Origin: a virus
Virus record (IMG/VR): IMGVR_UViG_3300036861_000610
Location: 83,890-147,889 of that record
Reading direction: 5' to 3' (one strand)
Length of the DNA stretch: 64,000 bases
Positions 1-9,515 of this stretch are shown in pieces (position 1 is the first letter of the stretch; each line of letters starts with the position of its first letter). Under the pieces are notes generated by a model. That model did no database searches and was not told where the DNA came from. It saw only the letters and a program-made list of their open reading frames with translations. The translations under genes were made by a program, and so were the position numbers.

Positions 1-3000
1 TTCCGTCTCGACCAGATCATTGACGTCAATGACCCAGATTTCCCTGACGACGGGATCCCTGTCCGGGGTTTCAGGGCACATGGGTATGACGTCAAAGAGG
101 GGCGCCTGACTCGGCACGACGGCGTCCTCTACCTCACCGAGGAAGGGGACGGGCCGAAAGACAAGGAGCACCGCGAGCGCACCTTGAAGCAGGTTCAGGA
201 GTGGCAGGACAGTCTGCCAGAGAACGAGAAAAAGTACGTCAAGTCCATCTCCTCCTTCAGCGGCAATAGCCCGGGGGACAGTTACTGGCAGCAGCGCCGT
301 GGGCTACAGGACATGGTGGCTTCCGCGAGCGCCGGCAACGGTGAAATCTCCATCTGGAGACACGGTGGGGACTACGGGCACGGCTCCAACCCGGCGACCC
401 TCGACCATGAACTTGGCCACCTGATTGACGACAGGTACCAGTACTCCGGCGATGGACGATGGGAACATGCGGGGCAGTCCGACAACATCGGACTCAAGGG
501 TCGCGCCCCCGGCTTCAGCGGATTCAATCGCCTCAGCGATGAGGAAGCGGACACCGGCGGGAGGGACACCTACCGGTACGGCATCAGCAGGTATGGCACC
601 AGTGACACCGGCGAGGACTTTGCGGAGGCGTATTCCGCCTACAAGCGTGGCTGGGTTGGCACCATCGACGACCCTGACAACCCGGGCCGTCGGCGGAAGG
701 TCCACTTCCGCGAGCTGTACCCAGCTCGTGCCGCGATTTTCGATGGACTTTTCCCCGAGAGGGGAGTGGCGCAGCGGCGTGAGATCGCTGAATACATGGC
801 CAGAGACCCGGACCTTCGGGAGCTGACCGACTTCCACGAAGACTTCCTGGCTCAGGGCCTGTTGCACAAGAAGACCCTTCCTGAGCTGCGTGCCATCGCG
901 AAGAAGGTCGGAAGGTCGAAGTACGGCGCCACTCGTGAAGGCTTGATGCGCCACATCCTGGAGGGCACGAGAGGCCCGCAGTACCGGCCGCGGTCAGGTA
1001 TGTACGACACCTTGAAGCGGCTTGGCACCCGTGACGCGGCCCAGGAGCGGATGAAGGCCTACTCCCCGAGCCTGCTCCGGGAGCTGCTGCACGAGCTGGA
1101 CGTGGAGAGCCCCGGCCGGCGCCGCAGCCGCGAAGAGAAGACCACCGCCATCCTGGACAAGCTGTACCCACAGGCTCCAGCCCCAGCGAAGAAGGCCGTC
1201 GCCAAGGAGGCGGCAGCCCCGGCGGCTAAGGCCGTGAAGAAGGCTGCCCCTGCAAAGCTGACGCCGGCTCGCCTGCGTCGCGCACAGCATGCCGCAGCAG
1301 AGGAGCTTGCCAAAACTGCAGCCGACCTTGAAGAGAACATCGACAAGGGCGCGTCGGACCGGGCGCTTCTGCAGTTGGTGCGGACGCGACTTGCCCGACT
1401 GAAGATCAAGGATGTTGGCGACGAGTACGTCTGGCAGCGCCCAGGCGGCGACGTTCGCCTGGAGTCAGACCTAACCCCCACCGAGGATGCCGACATCCTC
1501 TCGGCCCGACGTCTTGCGGGATTGGGCCGTGCGGTGCAGCAGAACATCAACGACCGGTCGGCCATGCGGACAGCCATCCGGAAGAACCTGGCCGAACACG
1601 AGCTGACACCCATTGGCGCGGCCGGCGACAAGGTTAAGTACGACCCAGCCATCCATCAGCCGATGCGATCACTGCCCAAGGGAACTGCGGTTCAGGTTGT
1701 GCACCCGGGATACCAGTGGCGCACACCTGAAGGTACGTCCGAAACTATCCTGCGACCACTGGTGATGGAGGCCCCGTCGCCACGGAAGGTCACGGGTGCC
1801 GCGAAGCCAACGATCAAACGGGCCGCCAAGAAAGCTGCACCGTCGGCAAAGGCCGCCCCCGAGAAGCCAACGATCAAGCGGGCGGCCAAGAAAGCGGCTC
1901 CAACTGAAAGGCCACGGCTGCGCCAGGCTGAAACGGAACCCACTGTCCTCACCGGCCAGCAGGGTCGGATCACCAGCGACATGGGTCCACGCATCAACAC
2001 CGGCCCCGAAGGCATCCCCGCGAGGGACTACACCCTGCGATCCGGGTACCACGTCGACAACGGCACGTTCTACCGCATCGACAAAATCCCGTACCTTATC
2101 GAGCACGACGACACTCCCGAAGGAAAGGCCTACGCTGACGGAGTCCAGAAAGCCCTGCAAGCTCACCGCGTATCCCTGCCGCTGGAACGACGTCGACTGC
2201 AACGCTCCTACGCCTGGGTCCGCGGCCGGAACCCAAAGGACGTGGAGGCAGCTCACCGCCGTGGCCTCAATCCGGACAAATGGTTGAGTGACGCAACCTC
2301 CGACAGTATGGGCGGGATCACGGTCTACAACCGAGACGAGTTCGGCTTCGAAGGCGTCGACCAGACCTTGGACCATGAGTTCGCGCACAGCTTCGATCAC
2401 GCCGACACCCAGGCTGGCCTCGTGGGGGCAAGTTCGCCGGAGTGGCTTGACGCAGCGGCCTCCGACAACGTGCACCGCGCGACCCTGTCCGATGTCACCT
2501 TCGACCAGGGGCCGGGCGCCAACAGCACCATCCGACTGGAAAAGGCCAAGCCCCACCCTGAAATCGAAGGCCACTTCCCAGACGGTGCAACCGACTACGC
2601 TCTTGTCGACTCCGCCGAAGACTTCGCCGAAGCTTTCCGCCTCTACCGCGCCGGTCCAATCGGCAAGGGGCGACGCACCAAGGGTGGACCTATTGAGCCA
2701 CTGTGGTTCCGGGATGTTTTCCCGGCCCGTGCCGCCATCTTCGACGAAAAGCTTCCCGACTTTGCCGAGCGACAGTTGCGTCAGATCGAGCAGGCCCGCG
2801 GCGGGGACCTGTCGACGGCGCAACGGCGGGCACTGATCCGGAAGCTGATCAAGGAGCGTGACAACAGCGAGCGCAGCATCGCCTTCCGGGAGCTGGCCAA
2901 GAGCGCGCCACCAGAACGGGCTCGACGCCGCCCGGCGCCCGAGCCGGCGCCAGTTCAACCCACGAGGCGTAGATCTCTTCGCTCTCCATCTTCATCTCAA

Positions 3001-3993
3001 TCGCCATCATCGGCTCGACCGGCCGGCAGGACTGCTAGCGAGCGTCAAGAGATTGAAGACCTGATCCGTGGAGAATCCACCGATCGCGTCCCTCGTGCAC
3101 GGGTCCGCGACGGTCGACTCACTGGCCGAGTCGGAATTCTCGACCGGCTAAACGAGACTCTTCGTGCCGATACTGGGCCCGAAGGCATCCTGGTCCATGA
3201 CCTGGAGCTGCAAAATATCAATGGCTATAAGGTTCGCAATGGACGTGCGTGGCGGTTCAATGGCGTTACCTATCTACTTGAGGATGGAGCCGACCCGGTA
3301 AAATCCGCGGAGCTAATGGACGCCATTTATGCCGAACACAATGCCCTGCCGGCCGAGATGCGTGGATTCCAGCGCGCCTACGCGCTGCTTCAGCACCCAG
3401 ACGCGACGGACGCATACGAGGACGCTAAGGCGCGAATGGAGGCGCGCAGACTCGGTAACCCTCGTCCTAAGCCGAGCACCTGGCAAACATTGGCAGCGGC
3501 ACGTGGCGGCGACATCTACATTTTCCGGTTGGGTGAACCGGCCACTCAACTGACACCAATTGATCGAGTTACAAAAACGGTGCGCCACGAGGGGGGTCAC
3601 AACCTCGACAATCAGGGTCACGACAGCGGGCTTGGGCCGATTTCGTCGTCTTCAAGTTGGTCGGCCGCAACTCGACCAACCGCGCAGCCAGTGTTCGACT
3701 TCGACCAAAACGATCGAGGCTCGATTTCGCCAATAAGATTTGCGCCAAATGATGACGCGCCATTCCCGGGCGGCGTAACCAACTACGGCACTGCAAGCCC
3801 CTCAGAGGACTTCGCCGAGGCGGTCGCCCTGTATACCGCAGGCATCATCGGCCGTGGCCGACTCACCGAAAACGGTCCCATAGTGGACATCTATTTCCGA
3901 GACCTGTTCCCGGAGCGAGCCGCCGAGCTGGACCGATACATGCCGAACTTCGGCGCTGACCAGATGGCCTCCATCCGGAGACTGCGAAGCTAG
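1..3993 (+). CDS. Large polyvalent head-associated protein (5'-truncated): three zincin-like metallopeptidase repeats, Rho-N-like helices, GrpE-like beta domain, Ala/Lys-rich linkers
   Basis: The frame is open from base 1 (FRLDQIID...), so the true start lies upstream of the window. HExxH occurs three times (HELGH, HEFAH, HEGGH), each followed by Y...EDFAEA and FR(D/E)x(Y/F)PxRAA. It lies just upstream of the capsid genes. Confidence 0.75.
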   Translation, partial: FRLDQIIDVNDPDFPDDGIPVRGFRAHGYDVKEGRLTRHDGVLYLTEEGDGPKDKEHRERTLKQVQEWQDSLPENEKKYVKSISSFSGNSPGDSYWQQRRGLQDMVASASAGNGEISIWRHGGDYGHGSNPATLDHELGHLIDDRYQYSGDGRWEHAGQSDNIGLKGRAPGFSGFNRLSDEEADTGGRDTYRYGISRYGTSDTGEDFAEAYSAYKRGWVGTIDDPDNPGRRRKVHFRELYPARAAIFDGLFPERGVAQRREIAEYMARDPDLRELTDFHEDFLAQGLLHKKTLPELRAIAKKVGRSKYGATREGLMRHILEGTRGPQYRPRSGMYDTLKRLGTRDAAQERMKAYSPSLLRELLHELDVESPGRRRSREEKTTAILDKLYPQAPAPAKKAVAKEAAAPAAKAVKKAAPAKLTPARLRRAQHAAAEELAKTAADLEENIDKGASDRALLQLVRTRLARLKIKDVGDEYVWQRPGGDVRLESDLTPTEDADILSARRLAGLGRAVQQNINDRSAMRTAIRKNLAEHELTPIGAAGDKVKYDPAIHQPMRSLPKGTAVQVVHPGYQWRTPEGTSETILRPLVMEAPSPRKVTGAAKPTIKRAAKKAAPSAKAAPEKPTIKRAAKKAAPTERPRLRQAETEPTVLTGQQGRITSDMGPRINTGPEGIPARDYTLRSGYHVDNGTFYRIDKIPYLIEHDDTPEGKAYADGVQKALQAHRVSLPLERRRLQRSYAWVRGRNPKDVEAAHRRGLNPDKWLSDATSDSMGGITVYNRDEFGFEGVDQTLDHEFAHSFDHADTQAGLVGASSPEWLDAAASDNVHRATLSDVTFDQGPGANSTIRLEKAKPHPEIEGHFPDGATDYALVDSAEDFAEAFRLYRAGPIGKGRRTKGGPIEPLWFRDVFPARAAIFDEKLPDFAERQLRQIEQARGGDLSTAQRRALIRKLIKERDNSERSIAFRELAKSAPPERARRRPAPEPAPVQPTRRRSLRSPSSSQSPSSARPAGRTASERQEIEDLIRGESTDRVPRARVRDGRLTGRVGILDRLNETLRADTGPEGILVHDLELQNINGYKVRNGRAWRFNGVTYLLEDGADPVKSAELMDAIYAEHNALPAEMRGFQRAYALLQHPDATDAYEDAKARMEARRLGNPRPKPSTWQTLAAARGGDIYIFRLGEPATQLTPIDRVTKTVRHEGGHNLDNQGHDSGLGPISSSSSWSAATRPTAQPVFDFDQNDRGSISPIRFAPNDDAPFPGGVTNYGTASPSEDFAEAVALYTAGIIGRGRLTENGPIVDIYFRDLFPERAAELDRYMPNFGADQMASIRRLRS

Positions 3994-4157
3994 GCAGCGT
4001 CCTTGCGCCGCATAATGGTGCGTTCGACGCCGCCCCCTTTGAGGACAGTCACGACCTCGGCGGTGACAGCTTCGTCCTTGTTGGTGGTGGGGGTGCCATC
4101 AGCCTTATGCCAGGTGATGGTCTCGCTCTCAACGCCCTCGGGCAGTTCGTCGGCCAT
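3990..4157 (-). CDS. 55-aa antisense microprotein (absent from the ORF track)
   Basis: ATG at 4157, MADELPEGVESETITWHKADGTPTTNKDEAVTAEVVTVLKGGGVERTIMRRKDAA*, GC3-rich codons. Its stop overlaps the stop of the large ORF (CTAG). Confidence 0.55.
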   Translation of the reverse strand: MADELPEGVESETITWHKADGTPTTNKDEAVTAEVVTVLKGGGVERTIMRRKDAA

Positions 4158-4244
4158 GCGGCAAGTATCGCACTACGCCACGCTTGCCCTCTACGTCAAG
4201 GTGATCTACAAAGTAACTATCAGTTCCAGGAGAGGGAGCGAAGG

Positions 4245-4400
4245 ATGGCTTGCGGATGTGGGAAAAGCAGCGGAGAGCCCGCTGAGACCTATGTGGTTCG
4301 TAAGGCTAACGGCCAGACCGAGGAGGTCACCTCGAAGGTCGCGGCCGATATTTTGGTGACCAAGTACGGCGGCACATACAGCGTGCAGCGAAAGAAGTAA
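4245..4400 (+). CDS. Small MxCxCG protein preceding the capsid gene
   Basis: RBS-like GGAGAGGGAG, then MACGCGKSSG... (51 aa). Similar small genes precede the capsid gene in actinophages. Confidence 0.65.
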   Translation: MACGCGKSSGEPAETYVVRKANGQTEEVTSKVAADILVTKYGGTYSVQRKK

Positions 4401-4542
4401 CACGGCAATACTGGACAAGAAGTCAATCTCCGACTTATCATCCAGCTAGATCTACAAAATCTCATTCTTCAGGGCAGCGCTGTGAGCCTCCTGGGGACTA
4501 AGGACTGTGCGTCCTTCTTCCTTCCCAAGAGAGGTTCCAGCT

Positions 4543-6249
4543 GTGGAATTCGAGATTCCCGAGGTCAGTGACCTGCCTCGGTTCACCCTCCAGGCGCTGC
4601 GCGATCTTGGCCTTGAGGCCGCTGCCGCATATGACGCCCTCCGCGAGGTCCTGACCCCGGAGACCGCTTCCGACGAAGACCTCGACGACCTGGAAGACCT
4701 GAAGAGCTTCATGGTCCTGGTCGACGACGAGATGACTCAGCGCCGCGAGCGCCAGTCTCGCTTCAACGCCCTCCCCACCGCCCTCAAGGCTGAGGACGAC
4801 ATGGAGGACGAAGAGGCTGAGGCCGAGGAAGCCGCCGCTGAGGCCGGCGCCTCTCCTGACGCCAAGGTCAAGCCGCAGTCGCGTGGAGCCAAGGGCACCG
4901 ACACGACCTATGCGGTCGACACCCGGACCCCGTCGCTGGCGGACATCGCCAACAACTCCAACAGCAACGTGATCGAAGGCATCGTGGAAAACGGCGAGGA
5001 CAACAAGCCGCAGTTCAAGATCCTCGCCGCGGCCGACACCGGATTCTCCACCGGCCAGGTCCTCGACGGCTGGCTCGACGTGGCCAAGGCTTTCGTCGCC
5101 CGCAGCCGCACTCACGGTGGCGGCACCGCCCAGCAGTCCACCGTTGCCACGATCCGGCGCGAGTTCGGCAACGACTTCGCCGTGTCTGACGGCGACGACG
5201 ACGTGACCATCGCGCAGAAGATGGACTTCGTCCGCGACGAGTCCCGCCTGCCTGGTGGAAGCCTGCTGGCCGGCACCGGCTGGTGTGCTCCGTCCGAGAC
5301 GATCTACACCACCTGCAACGAGATCACCACCGACGGACTCCTGTCCGTGCCTGAGATTGGCGCCCGTCGCGGTGGCATCCGGCACAACCAGGGCATCCAG
5401 TTCGACACCATCTTCGGCAGCGGCACGGGCTTCAACATCTTGACTGAGGCCCAGGTCATTGCAGACACAACGAAGACCTGTGTCGCAATCCCGTGCCCCA
5501 GCTTCGTGGATGACCGGCTCAAGGTTGCGGCCCTCTGCCTCACCGGTGACATCCTGCAGAACCGGGGCTACCCCGAGTTCGTCTCGACCTTCGTGCAAGG
5601 GGCCATTGCTGCGCAAGCCCACAATGTCAACCGTCAGATCATCGCCGACATTGTCACCGACTCGACCGCGGTTGACATGACGGCCTGCCAGCCGTGGGTT
5701 TCGGACGGTTCGGTTGTCTCGCAGCTGATGAGTGCCATCGACACCGCAATTCTCGACATCCAGTACCGCCTGCGTCTGCAGCGCAACCAGACCGTCGAAA
5801 TCATCCTGCCGTACTGGGTGAAGGGCCAGCTCCGCGCTGACTGGATCCGCCGCAACGGCCCGATGGACCCGGACCTGACCGACGCCATGGTCGACGGCCT
5901 GCTTCGGACCCGCAACGCGCGGGCCCAGTGGGTCTACGACTGGCAGGACTCGTTCACCTCGACTGGTGTTTCTGGTGGTCCGTTCCCCGGTTCGGACACC
6001 CCGATCTGTGCTCTGCCGACCCAGGTCCGTTTCCTGGCCTACCCTGCGGGCACGTGGGTTGTCGCTCGGCAGGACGTTATCCGCTTGGACACCATCTACG
6101 ACTCAGTCAACTTGGCCACTAACAAGGTGACTCAGTTGTTCTTGGAGGACGGTTTCCGGGCGATGCGCTTCTGCCCGATCAGCCGCGTCTACACCATCAA
6201 CATCTGCTCGAACGGCTCGACCGGCATCCAGCGCGCAGTTACCTGCTAA
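4543..6249 (+). CDS. Major capsid (hexamer) protein with acidic scaffold-like N-terminus
   Basis: GTG after AGAGAGG; SLLAGTGWCAPSETIY motif as in cluster-B-like actinophage capsid proteins; strong codon bias. Confidence 0.85.
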   Translation: MEFEIPEVSDLPRFTLQALRDLGLEAAAAYDALREVLTPETASDEDLDDLEDLKSFMVLVDDEMTQRRERQSRFNALPTALKAEDDMEDEEAEAEEAAAEAGASPDAKVKPQSRGAKGTDTTYAVDTRTPSLADIANNSNSNVIEGIVENGEDNKPQFKILAAADTGFSTGQVLDGWLDVAKAFVARSRTHGGGTAQQSTVATIRREFGNDFAVSDGDDDVTIAQKMDFVRDESRLPGGSLLAGTGWCAPSETIYTTCNEITTDGLLSVPEIGARRGGIRHNQGIQFDTIFGSGTGFNILTEAQVIADTTKTCVAIPCPSFVDDRLKVAALCLTGDILQNRGYPEFVSTFVQGAIAAQAHNVNRQIIADIVTDSTAVDMTACQPWVSDGSVVSQLMSAIDTAILDIQYRLRLQRNQTVEIILPYWVKGQLRADWIRRNGPMDPDLTDAMVDGLLRTRNARAQWVYDWQDSFTSTGVSGGPFPGSDTPICALPTQVRFLAYPAGTWVVARQDVIRLDTIYDSVNLATNKVTQLFLEDGFRAMRFCPISRVYTINICSNGSTGIQRAVTC

Positions 6250-6259
6250 GAGGCTCAGT

Positions 6260-6289
6260 AAGGGGCTGGGTCTTTCGACCCAGCCCCTT
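6260..6289 (+). terminator. Intrinsic terminator/attenuator hairpin after the capsid gene
   Basis: AAGGGGCTGGGTC-TTTC-GACCCAGCCCCTT, a 13-bp perfect stem. Confidence 0.75.
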
Positions 6290-6312
6290 TGACCTCGAAA
6301 GGGGGTGAAGGC

Positions 6313-7152
6313 ATGGCAAGTCTGACCGGTCCGCTTTATGTCCCGCCGCCGAATCCAATCGTTCCGCGGTACGGGCTGTTCAACGTCGCCAACGGACCCG
6401 TTGACCTTCCCATTAACGCCCGCATCGGTGGCCTGCAGTACCAGATTTCGACGTGCAACCTTCCCCTTGAATACGAGGTGGAATGCCAGGACGCGCACAA
6501 CACCAAGGTCATTACCTCTGGCGTTACGACCGTCACCGGCGCGCCGTTCATCGTCTATTCGGCCATTCAATGCGGCACCGTCGGCCTGGTCGACTTCGGC
6601 CAGGAGCAGGTTAAGCGCTACCTGTACGACCAGCTCATTGCTGGCGAGCAGGCCACTGTCGAAAGCATCTTCTCGCAGGGCCTCGTCGGCCAGTTCCCGT
6701 CGCTGCAGACCGGCGCCGTTTCCCTGGGTGCTGCCCAGGGGCCAGTGCAGGCCGTCAGCATGCTGGAGGACTGGATTTACGCCCGGTTCGGGTCCAGGGC
6801 CGTTATCCATGCCCCGATGGAGGCCGCGGCCTACTTCAAGGCCGCACACCTGATTGAGCCTGACGGCAACGTCAATGCAGGTGGCGTCTGGCGCACGGAC
6901 GTCGGTACAGCAGTCAGTTTTGGCAACTACGCAGGCGTGGGGCCAACTGGACAGGCCGGTACATGGATCTATGTCACGGGACCGCTCACCATTTGGCGCA
7001 CCCCAGACACTGAACTGTTTGTGCCACCCATGGGTCAGGTCATTAACCGAACCACCAACGTCTTGACCATCGTCATGGAGCGGGAGTACGTGCTCGCCTT
7101 CGACTGCTATTCGGCGGCCGTAAACGTAACCCTCAATACGGTGGACCGATAA
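6313..7152 (+). CDS. Probable major capsid pentamer / minor capsid protein
   Basis: Follows the capsid gene; PRYGLF and PFIVY motifs; synteny with cluster-B-like head modules. Confidence 0.65.
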   Translation: MASLTGPLYVPPPNPIVPRYGLFNVANGPVDLPINARIGGLQYQISTCNLPLEYEVECQDAHNTKVITSGVTTVTGAPFIVYSAIQCGTVGLVDFGQEQVKRYLYDQLIAGEQATVESIFSQGLVGQFPSLQTGAVSLGAAQGPVQAVSMLEDWIYARFGSRAVIHAPMEAAAYFKAAHLIEPDGNVNAGGVWRTDVGTAVSFGNYAGVGPTGQAGTWIYVTGPLTIWRTPDTELFVPPMGQVINRTTNVLTIVMEREYVLAFDCYSAAVNVTLNTVDR

Positions 7153-7506
7153 ATGCCGCTGATGCGCGAGTGGGTTGAGATCCACGTGGATGAGGATTTG
7201 CTCATCCACGTGGTTCGCGAGCTGCTTTCGCTGGCAGTGAACCCGAACCAGGTTGAGGTCACGTACGGCACCGCCGGCCGCATCATCCTGGCCGAGATTC
7301 ACCTTGCTGATGCTTGGTACCAGATGCGTCTGGCCAAGGAAGAAGCCGAAGGCGATGGCACCGAAGTGCACGCCAGCGGCTTCGAAGTTGTTGATAGCGC
7401 GAAGATTGAAAATTCAAACTCTGCTGAGTCAACAACCGTCCCAACGCCCGCCAAGCGAGCGTCTGCACCAAAACCCTCCGCTTCTCCTAACGGCGAGGAT
7501 TCGTAA
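7153..7506 (+). CDS. Hypothetical protein (virion module)
   Basis: Abuts both neighbours; 117 aa. Confidence 0.6.
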   Translation: MPLMREWVEIHVDEDLLIHVVRELLSLAVNPNQVEVTYGTAGRIILAEIHLADAWYQMRLAKEEAEGDGTEVHASGFEVVDSAKIENSNSAESTTVPTPAKRASAPKPSASPNGEDS

Positions 7507-8201
7507 TGGCAACAGTTTGTTTCACCCCATTCAAGATCCCGCGGATCCGGGTGACGCGGCTGAACTCGTGCGGCCAGGTCGTTACGGGTAGCTGCTCGCA
7601 GGTCGTGTCCGACGGCATCATTTCCATCGAAATGACGAAGAACTACGAGGACCGTGAAGAGTTCTTCGTCAAGAACGGTGACGGTACGTTCTGTGTCCGT
7701 GAGACCAACCCGCCGATCCTGAAGTGGATCGACTTGGTCATCACCCTGTGCAATATTGACCCAGACATCGTCAACATCGTCGCGGCTGAACCGTTGTACA
7801 CGTCTAACGACACTGCGGCCACAAAGATCGGTTACTCGACCGACGAGAACTCGGCCCAGAACGTGAACTTCAGCCTGGAGGGTTGGACTCGTCTGGCCAA
7901 CACGGCGACGCTGTGCACGGGTGGCCAAGAGTATGGATACTTCCTCTGGCCGTGGGTCGTGGAGGGCACGATCGGCGACATGACGTTGGAGAACGGCGTC
8001 GCCAACTTCACCATCAACGCGCGTACTCATGGCAACTCGCTGTGGGGCGTTGGTCCATACAACGTCGACTACAGCGATAACCCAATCGGGTCTACGACGC
8101 CGGTACCGATGAACACACCCATCACATCCACGCAGCACAGCCGCATGTTTATTACGCGGCTGCCACCGCCAGCGGCTAGCTGTGGCTGCGCAGCAGTGTA
8201 A
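7506..8201 (+). CDS. Major tail protein
   Basis: RVTRLNSCG...SDGIISI...YEDREE motif typical of cluster-B-like tail tube proteins; 231 aa. Confidence 0.8.
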   Translation: MATVCFTPFKIPRIRVTRLNSCGQVVTGSCSQVVSDGIISIEMTKNYEDREEFFVKNGDGTFCVRETNPPILKWIDLVITLCNIDPDIVNIVAAEPLYTSNDTAATKIGYSTDENSAQNVNFSLEGWTRLANTATLCTGGQEYGYFLWPWVVEGTIGDMTLENGVANFTINARTHGNSLWGVGPYNVDYSDNPIGSTTPVPMNTPITSTQHSRMFITRLPPPAASCGCAAV

Positions 8202-8223
8202 CGGAAACATCAATGAACTTTTA

Positions 8224-8283
8224 TTGCTTGCGCAAGCAACTTTTTGAGCAGGACAAGCTCATTTAGTTGCTTGCGCAAGCAAC
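8224..8283. promoter_or_regulatory. Twin perfect palindromes forming a compound inverted repeat
   Basis: TTGCTTGCGCAAGCAA (8224-8239) and GTTGCTTGCGCAAGCAAC (8266-8283) flank a TGAGC...GCTCA inner stem in an AT-rich intergenic gap. Confidence 0.6.
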
Positions 8284-8314
8284 AAGTTTTTCAAGGAAGA
8301 GGGGGTGAGTCGAT

Positions 8315-9514
8315 ATGGCCAGGCTTCTCTACGCAGATCCGGGATCGCAGTTGGTCTACCGACCCATTGGCTCATCCCTAAGGTCGGCAATCGGCAGCCA
8401 GGCCATCGTGTACGCCGACGATGCCGCCACGGTTCTGGCTGATATCGCTGAGTACGATCCACTGAACCCTTCGACGCCGGGTCCGGTCATTCTTGACTCG
8501 ACGCTGACCGTGGACAGTAACTCACTGCTGCCTTGGTTTTGGGGCCCGCTTGCCGGCACGGATACGTTGTGGGTGGTAGCGGACGGGGGGCCGATCGCAC
8601 AGATCAATGCCTATTACGATCCGCGCATTGATGCCGCAGCAACAAACGCCGCTTTAGCTGCTGAAACTTCAGCTCGCGTAGCCGGCGACGCAGCAAGATT
8701 GCAGATCGCCAATAACCTCTCCGACGTTGCATCGACGTCCTCGTCGCGAACCAATCTGGGGCTTGGTGGGGCCGCGGTCCTTAATGTCGGCACTAGCGCC
8801 GGAACGGTCGCGGCCGGCGACGACTCGCGCATCACTGGCGCCATCCAGTCTTCCATCGCTGATGCAAAAGGCGACCTGATCGTCGGTACGGCCAATGACG
8901 CTGTAGCCCGATTTGCCGTAGGGACACCGGGCTATGTTCCATGGGCTGATCCGGCCGCTACTCCAGGAATCGTGTGGTTGCCCAGCGATCCGGACGCCCT
9001 CGCGGCAGGCACGACCACCATGGATCGGCGCTATGCCTCCGGCACTGTCAGCGTTACGAGCCAACAGATGCGGTTGTCCTTCTTCACTGCACCACGAGCC
9101 GAGACGATTTCTACTCTTGCTGTGGCTACGGGCAGCACTGCTGCTGCGGCAACACCGACGCTGTGTCGCATGGGTATCTACTCCGTTGCTGGTAACGGGG
9201 ATCTAACCCTCGTCGCTAGCACAGCCAACGACACGACCTTGTTTGCGTCTGCAAGCACCCGCTATTCGAAGGCGTTGTCGGCCAGCTACAACGCGATCCT
9301 CGGCCAGCGGTACGCCCTGGCGGTACTGGTCGTTACTGGCGTCGCCACTCCAACCCTCATTGGCTTCAGCCTGAGTTCCGCGATGAACGTCGCTTTGACA
9401 ACTAGCCCACGCCTAACGGCAGTCGTGGCTGGTCAGGCCGATCTTCCGAATTCAGTCCTGTCGGCTTCTCTTGGCACCTCTAACGCTGCTCCGTTCGGGG
9501 AGGTGCTGCCGTAA
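8315..9514 (+). CDS. Minor tail / fibre-like structural protein
   Basis: Contains the fibre motif NNLSDV...RTNLGLG...VGTSAGTVAAGDDSRITGA; Ala/Thr/Ser-rich. Confidence 0.7.
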   Translation: MARLLYADPGSQLVYRPIGSSLRSAIGSQAIVYADDAATVLADIAEYDPLNPSTPGPVILDSTLTVDSNSLLPWFWGPLAGTDTLWVVADGGPIAQINAYYDPRIDAAATNAALAAETSARVAGDAARLQIANNLSDVASTSSSRTNLGLGGAAVLNVGTSAGTVAAGDDSRITGAIQSSIADAKGDLIVGTANDAVARFAVGTPGYVPWADPAATPGIVWLPSDPDALAAGTTTMDRRYASGTVSVTSQQMRLSFFTAPRAETISTLAVATGSTAAAATPTLCRMGIYSVAGNGDLTLVASTANDTTLFASASTRYSKALSASYNAILGQRYALAVLVVTGVATPTLIGFSLSSAMNVALTTSPRLTAVVAGQADLPNSVLSASLGTSNAAPFGEVLP

Positions 9515-9515
9515 A

